This document shows, in pieces, positions 53,505 through 64,000 of a DNA stretch of 64,000 nt. This stretch comes from Octopus vulgaris (Eukaryota): the NCBI GenBank assembly GCA_951406725.2, contig OX597826.1, forward strand, positions 7,502,001-7,566,000. Reading direction: 5' to 3'. The notes under the pieces are model-generated. The model saw only the letters and a list, made by a program, of their open reading frames with translations, ran no database searches and had not been told where the DNA came from. The position numbers and the translations under genes are program-made. How positions within the stretch are numbered: position 1 is the first letter of the stretch; every line of letters starts with the position of its first letter.

Positions 53505-54030
53505 CTATCTAGTACTGGGGATTTTGCGTTTCTGAGGACGTACCTCTCTATTAGTTGGATCCTTCATTTCCTTGAATAAAATGGGGATGTCAAGTTGACC
53601 CAGGCCGCCTCTATGTTGATCCTGGACATGTTGATAGTGTATGGAGGGCTGTTTTTTGTCGTCATATTGTCTCAATTGTCCATTTAGTCTTTCCGCAATG
53701 CTCTTAAATGTTTCCAATGTGTATGTCATGTACTTGTCTTCACAAGCGCCATCTATGCACTTTATGCTGTAGACTACCTTTCTAGTTCTAGAGTTAATGT
53801 GAGGGTTAATCAAACATAATCTGCAGTTATCATGGTGCATATGGTATTCCCAAATACACAGTTGTCATCTGGCTTTTCAACGACCTTCATGTTAAGTTTG
53901 GCCTCCTTCAAATCTTTCGTAAATCTACGGGCTAGTTCTCCATGGGTTGTGGCCTCTACAAACATCACTCTTTGATATTTGTCAGTATTGTACCACGTGG
54001 GATCCCGCTTTCTACAGTTAATAGAGTGAT
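53505..54030 (-). mobile_element. Penelope-like element remnant: linker plus GIY-YIG endonuclease
   Basis: VMFVEATTHGELARRF...MKVVEKP, then CRLC...RTRKVVYSIKC...C...YTLETFKSIAER...HVQDQH, a degenerate VVY/YIGET GIY-YIG pattern. Confidence 0.8.
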
Positions 54031-54099
54031 TGTACAATTCGCCAGAGAATGGAAGTAATCCACATTACCTCGTTCAGATCGACCAGGGCCCTCTGACAG

Positions 54100-54442
54100 G
54101 ACCCTTCGCTTTGTTAAGAGAAGTGTGTAGAATAATCCTCGTTGCAATGCCTCTGACATTGCAGAACACATTGATATTATTACCAGAACAGCTATCAGGT
54201 ATTTCCACAAAATTGACTACTATAGTAAAGCAGCAAGAAGGAAGCTATTTCTTCAATAAGCCAATATGAAGCGGAGAAGGGACTGGGCCAATGAGATGAT
54301 TAAGAGACCACTAGCATTTTGGGACACTGTCGTATTCTCTTATGAGTTCAGATTTGCTGTATTTTCTGACAGTGGCCGCGTGTGGGTCTGGAGACACTGT
54401 GGTCAAGACTTTGATGTGAATTGATTGCAGCCAACAATGAGA
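54100..54442 (+). mobile_element. Tc1-like transposase remnant
   Basis: AARRKLFL..NMKRRRDWA....LAFWDTVVFSYEFRF...DSGRVWVWR.......LQPTM matches the Tc1 WxxVxFSDExxF / GRxWVWR / PTVK motifs. Confidence 0.8.
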
Positions 54443-55553
54443 ATAGCTTTTTCGTACTTTGGGATTTAACTCCCATTTCTAGCGTACTGAAAAACCACTT
54501 AGTGGCTTTTCCCTTCCTGTATAACTTTTATACACACATATAATATATTTTTGTGTGTATGAATATATATTACACTGTCGTGTTATGTATATTGTTATGC
54601 ATATATTCAATTTCTTATTCAGACAAATATGCTTTCAACTTATATAAAACCACCTCACATGTTTCAAACGTTAGCTATTAATCTTAACTATTAATTAACA
54701 AATAGTTTTAATCTAAGTTCATTAATATTTAATTGACTATGTAGCTATCTGGTTTTTAATTATCACGGCCAATTGCTGTAATTGAAATCAAGTTTATTTA
54801 CTATTGATCACGAATCGGATACATTTTGTTCGTGTTGTTATTGCTGTCTTTGTTTTGTAACTTTGGATTATATATCTCCTTGTGCAGCTGACCTTAGCTC
54901 AAATCCGTTCCTGTCGTGACCATGCAGGTTTATTTCCATAGATTGTATAACTAGAAACATAGGAGGAATTACAACCGTGTTTCGTGGACTGCTACCACAA
55001 CAGCTCCTTTATAGGATCCAGTTAGCTCAAGACATCATCAGGAGGAACCACGTCCGGTTTCGGCCCCTACTCCTCTACCGTTTTGACGTGGAGCCCCCCC
55101 CCCCCTTTCGGAGGTGTCTTCAGCTCTGGTGTTGGGAGCATGTCTTCTTTCTTGTTCTTTCTTCTGTTCCCTGGCCTCTTCGATGTATCGTCAGTGAGTG
55201 TCAGCCGGTGACTGACTGACTTGTCAATTTTTCCCTTTAAATACTTGCCTCTAGTCTCCATGAGGCAGCCCCAGCAAGTTGTCACGTGACGGCAATGTTT
55301 CCTCTGTTGTTTAAAAGACAATAGTACAATTTCGGTGAAATTTGGCCAATTAGATGATTTTACATTGTATCGTATTTTGAATAGAATTCTATAGTAGTTC
55401 TAAACAATGGATAAAGGGTGACCGAATCGCTTAACAATTTTAAGACCCATCTTTCCATGCATACCAGTCAAAATCTTTGGCAATTTTGCGTGACATTTTC
55501 TAAAGTTTGTAGATGACCAATAATATCGCTTTCTCTATTTTTGTACACACACA

Positions 55554-55586
<33 letters not shown>

Positions 55587-55786
55587 ACACACACACACAC
55601 GCACACACACATACACACTCACACATACCCGCTCTCTTTTTTTCTCACGCGCAAACGTATATGTGTGTAGATATCTGCGTATATATATGTGTGTGCGTAT
55701 TTGCAAATGGCGCTATTTTGTGCGCACATTGAGTTAAGTTCCACACTAAGCAATATAATGGGGTCTACATTTTGTCGGGGGCACTA

Positions 55787-55919
55787 TGTAGCCTAGTACT
55801 TATTCTAACGGGCTCTGTTTTGCCGAACCGCTAAGTTACGGGGACGTAAACACACCAGCATCGGTTGTCAAGCGATGTTGGAGGTGGGGGGAACATAGAC
55901 ACAAACATATACACACTAA

Positions 55920-55965
<46 letters not shown>

Positions 55966-56128
55966 TACGACGGGCTTCTTTCAGTTTCCATCTACCAAAT
56001 CTACTCACAAGATTTTGGTCGGCCCGAAGTTATAGTAGAAGACACTTGACCAAGGTGCCACGCAGTAGGACTGAACCCGGAACCATGTGGTTGCTAAGCA
56101 AGCTGCTTACCACACAGCAACTCCTACA
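55787..56128 (-). mobile_element. SINE family 1, 3'-truncated
   Basis: Family 1 match with internal (TA)n. Confidence 0.85.
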
Positions 56129-56987
56129 TATAATATTAAGTATTTGCAACAAAAACACATGTGACATTTATTCATTTATTTTTCTTTCATCGGGGTGGGT
56201 AGCATTGCTCACAACTCATTTTAAAGCCTCCAAACCTCGTCGTACGAAACTGCTGAAGTGTTCTCCAGTCAAGGAATTGACCCGAATGTTTTTAATATAG
56301 CGGTTTTCATTGAGAACATCAAAGATGCTAATTAGCAATGTTAAACCCGGTGACGTGTAACGTTTAAAATTCAAGTAGTTCATAAAGAAATTTGAACTCG
56401 GAATGCATAGAACCCCAGCATATACCACAAGCCATCTGTTCCAATGTTTTTAGAAGACCTTCTAATCCACCACCTAAATGGAATTTGGTCTATTTTTCGA
56501 GATCCCGAAAGGATTGAAGTTAAAGCTAACCTAACCGAGATTTGAGCCATGAATATAAAGAGGATTCCTTCTTCTCAACGCTCTTACGGTTTTGGTTAAT
56601 ATTTTTAGCCGTAACATTACATATTTAAACAATTGATCATACAGAAAATGCATTCGTTTGCATGAAATAAATATTTTAAAAAAGCCAAATATTAAAACAT
56701 AAATTGCTTACTGACGCATGTTCTTAAGTGAAAGGAAAATTAATTTAAGAAAAAAAATTATCTTTTTTCTGCTGTGCGTAACTTAGACGCAATTCTTTCT
56801 ATAAAGTTATCTACAATTTTCTATATTTCCTGGTGCCTCAATAGCGGCGACCAATTTTGATAACGTCACTTCAATCATTGACGTCAGCGCTTCTGATATT
56901 AGAGAACTAAATGAATATTTATTTTATCACCGCGTCAATCGGAACTGCAGTCAACGCATTCTATTCCTCATCATGTGTTAGTTAATA

Positions 56988-57430
56988 TTCTTTTCTACTG
57001 TAGGCGCAAAACCTGAAATTTTAGGGGAAAATTTAATACATCAACCCCAGTGCGTCACTGGTATTTATTTGTTAAGGTGGTGAGCTGGCAGAAACGTTAG
57101 CACACCGGTCAAATGCGTAGCCGTATTTCGTCTGCCGTTACGTTCTGAGTTCAAATTCCGCCGAGGTCGACTTTGCCTTTCATCCTTTCGGGGTCGATTA
57201 AATAAGTACCAGTTACGCAATGGGGTCGATATAATCGACTTAATCCGTGTCTCTCCTTGTTTGTCCTCTCTGTGTTTAGCTCCTTGTGGGTAGTAAAGAA
57301 ATAGGTATTTATTTCATCGACCTCGAAAGGGTGAAAGGAAAAGGCGACATCGCCGGAATTTGACCTCAGAACGTAAAGACGGACGATATTCTTAGAAGTG
57401 TTTTACGCGGCATCCTAACAATTCTGTCGG
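56988..57430 (-). mobile_element. Old Meta-domain SINE interrupted by a younger copy of opposite orientation
   Basis: Host halves at 56988-57070 and 57304-57430. Confidence 0.78.
57071..57303 (+). mobile_element. Young Meta-domain SINE monomer (tail A), 11-bp TSD
   Basis: GGTATTTATTT at 57060-57070 and 57304-57314. Confidence 0.9.
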
Positions 57431-57652
57431 CTTGCCTGTTTTATCCAAGTTAATATTGATTTAAAATTTTGGCACAAGGCCAGCAATTTCGATGGGTGGG
57501 GGTAAGTCCATTACATTGATCCCAGTGTTCAACTAGTTCCTTTTTATTGACCTCGAAATGATGCAAAACCTCGGCGAAATTGGAACTGGTGTAGATCTAA
57601 TCGACTGCACCCTCCCAAAAAATTTTCGGGACTTGTGTCTAAAGTAGAAAAG

Positions 57653-57703
<51 letters not shown>

Positions 57704-57710
57704 GTCGTTG

Positions 57711-57748
<38 letters not shown>

Positions 57749-58127
57749 GTTGTTGTTATTGTTGTTGTTGTTGTTGTCGTTGTTGTTTTTGTTGTTATTG
57801 TTGTTGTCGTTGTTGTTGTTATTAAAATATTCAACTCATTTTTGTTTCGCGTTTGAAAGCACATTGTATTCAAACTTTACGAAATGAAATTTATTTTAAA
57901 GAATATATAAGAACAATTGCCTAAGGAAAGCCAACCTTTGGTACCTGGAGGTAGCTAGATGAAAAAAGAAAAGAGGCTTGTTTTACAAACTAAAAATTTA
58001 GAAACTACATTTTATTATCACGTTATTATAAAACGGCTCCCACACATGATTATGCTACACGACAAAAGACTCCAAACCCAAGAGAAAAGACACAATATGG
58101 AAACACACAGCTAAATTAATCCTTTTT

Positions 58128-58543
58128 TAACTCTTTTACTCTTTTAATTGTTTCAGTCATTTGACTGCGGCCATGCTGGAGCACTGCCTTTAGTCGAACA
58201 TATCGACTCTAGGATTTATTCTTTGGAAGCCTAGTACTTTTTTTATCGGTCTCTTTTGCCGAACCGCTAAGTTACGGGGACGTAAAACACCAGCATTGGT
58301 TGTCAAGCGATGTTGGGGAACAAACACAGACACACAAACATATACACACATACATATATATATATATATACATATATACGACGGGCTTCTTTCAGTTTCC
58401 GCCTACTAAATCCACTCACAAGACTTTAGTCGGCCCGAGTCTATAGTAGAAGAAACTTGCCCAAGGTGCCACGCAGTGGGAATTAACCCGGAACCATGTG
58501 GTTCGTAAGCAGTCTACTTACCATACAGCCACTCCTGCGCCTA
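58128..58543 (-). mobile_element. SINE family 1, full length
   Basis: Near-identical to 10076-10493. Confidence 0.9.
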
Positions 58544-59160
58544 TATACTTAAGATCTTTGGGAATAGTTCCCAATGCACCTGTAACTTACGAACTACATT
58601 GTTCCGGGTTCATTCCCACTGCTTGGCAACTTGGGCAGGTGTCTTGTACTATAGCCTCGGGCTGACCACACAGCCACTCCTGCGCTTATATACTTGAAGT
58701 AATTTACAAAATGTTTTGTAGACAACAGTGATAACAACAATAGCACTTGTGATTCAAAAATGTTTTTATGATTCCAAATACTGATGTCCATTTATAGCAA
58801 CTGGGCAAAAGAAAACTTTCTTTCAATACAAAAGGACGAAGGGAAGTTTTAAGACTATAGCTGTTATCAGAAAAGAAAATTGGACGGGTTTATTTTATAA
58901 TATTGAAAAGGATTTCATTGCCACAGGATATAAATACAGAAATCAAAGAATAAAATTACGTTCCAATGAGTAAGAGAAAACGTAGTCAAAAGATAGCAAG
59001 TACTTTTCCCCCCCGAGTCATTGAGGACAACAGATTCTGCAGAGCATGAAAGAATGTATGTCAGTTACAATATGTAAACGCAATGGAATTATTTGCCGAA
59101 ACTTAAAAATTGAAAACACAACCAAATTACTGGTTTCTGGATTAGATTTATTTTAATTTT

Positions 59161-59565
59161 AAGGCAATTAGCCGGCAGAAACGTTAGCACACCGGGCGAA
59201 ATGCTCAGCGGTATTTCATCTGCCGTTACGTTCTGAGTTCAAATTCCGCCGACGTCGGCATTGCCTTTCATCCTTTCGGGGTCGATTAAATAAGTACCAA
59301 TTGCACACTGGGGTCAATATAATCGACTTAATCCGTTTGTCTGTCCTTGTTTGTCCCCATCTCTGTTTAGCCCCTTGTGGGTAGTAAAGAAATAGGTATT
59401 TCGTCTGTCTTTACCTTCTGAGTTCAAATTCCGCCGAGGTCGACTTTACCTTTCATCCTGTCGGGGTCGATAAACTAAGTACCAATTGCGTACTGGGGTC
59501 GATCTAATCGATCGCCCCACCACTCCACTCCACAAAAATTTCGGGCCTTGTTCCTTGAGTAGAAA
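59161..59565 (+). mobile_element. Dimeric Meta-domain SINE (tail A unit plus headless tail B unit), 17-bp TSD
   Basis: AGATTTATTTTAATTTT at 59144-59160 and 59566-59582 encloses both units. Confidence 0.9.
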
Positions 59566-59652
59566 AGATTTATTTTAATTTTTATACCTTTCATTTACAT
59601 CTGCTCATTAATTTTTCGCTCACTTTACCTAGGGCAACAACAATTACTGCAA

Positions 59653-59905
59653 CAGGACTTATTCTTTGTAAGCCTAGAACTTATTCTATTGGTGTCTTTT
59701 GCCGAACCGCTAAGTTACAGGAACGTAAACACACCAGCATCGGTTGTCAAGCGATGTTGGGAGGACAAACACAGACACACAAACACACACATAATATATA
59801 TATTTATATATATATACATTTATACGACGGGCTTCTTTCAGTTTCCGTCTACCAAATCCACTCACAAGGCGTTGGTTGGCCCGAGGTTATAGTAGAAGAC
59901 ACTTA
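59653..59905 (-). mobile_element. SINE family 1 internal fragment
   Basis: Family 1 match. Confidence 0.85.
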
Positions 59906-60019
59906 CCCATAATTGTTATTGTGGTCCCTTTTACTTATAATTTCAGCACTAAAACTACAACTAGTACTACAGCATTCACCATTATTATTATCACTATTAT
60001 TATTGATATTATTTATTTT

Positions 60020-60085
<66 letters not shown>

Positions 60086-60754
60086 CACTACTACTGTTGT
60101 TGATTTGAATTTTTTTATCCATTCCCTAATTATACCGTTCCCGTCCCACGATGCTACCCACTCCACAACAAACACCACTCCCCAACGCTCCCTCACGTCT
60201 AACTAAACGTTCCTGGCGGAAACCCTACAGAGGACGATATTACGCAATAAAATTTGAAAAACACGATTCTATCTCGTCCAAAAGAAGCCATTGCAAAGAC
60301 AATATCCATGCGAACACTTTGCAAACTGATTGGATTGCCACAAAAAGAACGTGTCCAATCATATGCTTTCCCAGTGTGATGGAAACAAATGAATTTTCAA
60401 GAAGAAAATTTCATTTCTCAGTTTGAAAATAATTGTGTTTATTGATATTAGATTGCGACAATAAGGATGCAGTTGTAATTACTTCTACGTGCACAACTGC
60501 TGTTAATTTCTTCCTCTGACTCTTTTAAAGACACCAGAAAACGTTGCATTAATTACTTACTCTTCTAAGTTTGCTTTGTGCATTGATTTTCATGATACTT
60601 GTTTAAATTTGTAAGCCTTCAGTTCTTCTGCAAGAAGGGACTAGAAATTATCATATAAAGGTGTATAAAACCCACACGCTTGCACGCATGCCTGTGCCTT
60701 CCTCTGCTCCCTCTTACCTCGTTGCCTTCTCTTCTCCTCATTACCACTCACACA

Positions 60755-60796
<42 letters not shown>

Positions 60797-61666
60797 TCTC
60801 TTCCTTACTACTTCTCTACCTCGTTCTCCTTTCTCGTGTTTTCTCACTTTTGATCTATCTATTTATCCATCTGTCTATTTACATAGATATATGTGTATCT
60901 ATATAAATATATATATATGTGTGTGTGTATGTGTGTGCTTATGTGTATGTCTATATACAAACAAATCTGGTGTATACATATTATTTCAACGTAGAGTCAC
61001 ACTGACGCGCAAATATATATAAACACACACGGACGCATATGAATACGCACGCCCACATTTGCATACACACACATACACTCAAACATACACACACAAACAC
61101 ATACGCGCAAAACACATACATGTGAAGGAGTATGCCTAGCAACGAGATTCGTACAAAAGCTTGTTATTATATTCGGGATTTGATAATAAGAAAGTAGATT
61201 TGGGGTCTTGAGTTCTGGCATCAACAGCTTCGTATAAGAGAATATGTATACTGTACAAGCGAAGAGTTCGATTTTGCCAGTTTGTACTCCTAATCAACAC
61301 GGATATGTCTTAGTCTATAGAGACATACAAAAAAATCTCTACAAAAATTCCCCTTGTAAACACGGTTATAGAGCGTGCTTACCGATGGTAAGAATCACAT
61401 CTTGGTAGAATCACACCTTTAGTTCATATAAGTAATATCTACCATTGTATATAGTTTAAACATTGAATTTTCTTCTTACATTTCACTTCCGCTAGATATA
61501 TCTTCTTCCAAGACTTTAGGGTTTTATTTAATTTACATATCGTTCTATAGTTCTCATTTATTTGGTTACTGATTTTTTCTTTCTTTTACTCTTGCTCTTT
61601 CTATTGGCTACCTTTGACGTTATATCCGCTAAGACTTTAATTTAAAAACTTAATAGCGTTCAGTTC

Positions 61667-61751
<85 letters not shown>

Positions 61752-63719
61752 CATCCTTTTGTTACTCTACATAGATTTGTATGTATATCAATCCACACAC
61801 TATTCACACTCACACACACACACACAAAGTCACATCCATATACACACACACATGTGCTCACATACATATACATATGCATGTAAATCACGGAGGCGGTTTT
61901 TAACACTGAGGTTGCAAAACAAAACAGAAACATAGTGACCGGTGGTCCACTGACGTCATTTTCAATCCAGTTTTCACGCACAATGCTGTTTGGAACATTT
62001 TGTCTCCGAGCAAAATCCCGCAGCAAATACCTTCCAAACTCTACACCGCAGAATATTAATAAAATATATTGTACAACTTTATTTTGATTTTATGACATTC
62101 GGTACTTCGTGCACTCTCGGTATATATGTGTGTGTGGGTGGGGTGTGTTTGTGTAAATGACACCAATGGCAGGTGATATTTGGAAATTAAAAAAAAAAAT
62201 TATGTACATTAGTACATTACAAAGTCATTTATCATATAGGAAGATATTGAGTAAATAAAGACATTTTCTTGGAAGAACATATTTTTGAAGATAGCGGAGT
62301 ATGATAAATATTCAAAAAATAAAACATTGACACGAACAAAAAATATTTCTAAATACAAATCTGAACACAAATCACGTGTTTAAATACAAGAAATATAAAA
62401 TATACAAGGATTTAATATTCACAACAATTATACAAGGTAATATTTATATTTGGTACAGTTGTCTATAAAAAAAATGATGAAAGCTCTAGTTTTGATTTTA
62501 GGAAATGTTTACATTTCTTCACTATTCTTTATTAAAAGACGCAGTTTACAGCGATTAATATTCGAATGTTTAAATGCTGGTTGTATTTCCTGCTTGATTC
62601 GTTGTTGCTCTGTGTCTGAGTTTTGGAAATTTTAGCAATTTTGAAGAATCAGTCCTGTATGTATTGCAGTGTATCCACTCGATAGAGTTTTTCTGCTTTT
62701 CTAATAACTGATTCGCTCTTCATATATTGCCAATCTTAACAATCCGTCTTGTCGGCTGTAATTTGCCAGACATCCACATCATGTAATTATATAGATTAAA
62801 GTTTGAGAGTTGGAAACAAAACGCTTTTATTTTTGAGATTTTCTATCCATAAACTTGAATGTAGATTTTTCAGGCAAGTATAAACATGTAGCAATGTTAT
62901 GTTTTCCGCATTTTATAATAATGAAGCTAGAAATAAGTTTATAAACTATTTCTCTAGCAATCCTATTTCTAAACGGATTGAGTCGTCCAATGGATTTTTT
63001 TTTAATGGAAAAATGATTTCCAACACGTTTCCGGTTCTCAGGTCATTTTAATGTGGGTAAAGGTTTTTAGGGACCTTTTCGGCATTTTTAGAACTAATGC
63101 GGAATGCCTTGCAAACAACTTACACATGCAAGTGCTACCAGTCGAGAACTCCGCATACCGGAAGCCAGCAAGTGTATGGGCTCATCGGGAGAGAATGCGC
63201 GCCCTTTCAAGGCCTACCTCTCGATGGTATCAATGCGCACGCCCCCCTCACCAATATGAAACCCCACTTGCTAGATCAACGGGTTATTAAATAAAGTTCA
63301 ATATTTCTCTAGCCATCGCCCATCGTCTATTTTTAACCAAATCCAGTGGCTAGCCTTTTCCACTGTAATTTGGATATCGGTCATGGTGGTATTTACCATA
63401 CGATGAGTTAGGCCTACCGATACATGTATTGTATATTGAGCTTGTTAATTTTCCGAGTTTCTCCACTGTAGAGCCTGTCATTTTATAAAGAGCTCGACAT
63501 GCCTTGCTTTGAAACTCATTATATTAATGCCGAATATATATGACAAAATATTTCCCGGATTTTATTTTGTTCCCCTTTGGTCTTGAATGTTTGTGATTTG
63601 AAAATCGTCTAATACGTCATCGTGATTCGTAGGATTCGAAACGATTGTATAAAATATATTTCTCTATATTAAATCGAATGTTCTTTCTTGTATACCTAGG
63701 AATATTCTATTCTATTCTA

Positions 63720-63925
63720 TTCTTTTAATTGTTTAAATCACTTGATTCGGGCCTTCTGGAGTTTTATTGAAGAAATCGAGCCCAGGAATTATTATTTTCA
63801 AATTTTTAAGCCTCGTACTTATTTTACCGGTCTCTTCTACCGAAACGCTAATTTACGGGGACGCATGCGCACCATCACCGATTGTCAAATGATGGTGGTG
63901 GGGAACCCCAACACAAAGACTCACA
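63720..63925 (-). mobile_element. Diverged SINE family 1 3' fragment
   Basis: AAATCGAGCCCAGG...GTACTTATT...CGGGGACG match. Confidence 0.65.
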
Positions 63926-63946
63926 CATAAATGTACATGTGTGTGT

Positions 63947-64000
63947 GTGGAGGCACATGGCCTAGCGGTTAGAGTAACGGACCCGCAGTCGAAGGATCGC
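63947..64000 (+). mobile_element. Start of a family 3-like tRNA-derived SINE, cut by the window end
   Basis: GTGGAGGCACATGGCCTAGCGGTTAGAG...GGATCGC. Confidence 0.7.

Noticed and set aside
55028-55125. Minus-strand CTGAAGA, GAAACCGG and CTGATGA motifs
   Set aside because: Order and spacing do not give a consistent three-stem hammerhead.
56860-56886. CRE-like TGACGTCA sites (also 61951-61958)
   Set aside because: One or two 8-mers in 64 kb are expected by chance, and there is no transcription-start evidence.
63051-63294. Short non-repetitive ORFs in a GC-richer patch
   Set aside because: No recognisable motif and no convincing splice-site pair.

Overview
Eukaryotic, AT-rich, repeat-saturated DNA. 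It is most likely intronic/intergenic sequence of a coleoid cephalopod (Octopus-like); this is inferred from the SINE families and the extreme (TA)n/(AAT)n/(CATA)n microsatellite load and has not been checked by search. No intact conserved cellular gene is recognisable, and almost all ORFs in the track are microsatellite artefacts. Supportable content: (1) 5'-truncated non-LTR retrotransposons with a restriction-like endonuclease (R4/Dong-like) from at least four diverged families, each ending in an (AAT)n tract; (2) three or four tRNA-derived SINE families, including a Meta-domain SINE that forms dimers, 184-bp tandem arrays and ordered stacks; (3) a full-length but decayed piggyBac carrying a nested TA-flanked MITE; (4) Penelope-like remnants with minimal hammerhead-like motifs; (5) Tc1, L1/Tx1, Helitron/Helentron-like and possible hAT remnants; (6) one weak candidate first coding exon at 49550-49214 (-). 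The most unusual signals are the polarised SINE stacks, in which one target-site duplication is copied repeatedly with an age gradient, a 3' stem-loop shared by four R4/Dong-like families, and a perfect 46-bp hairpin.
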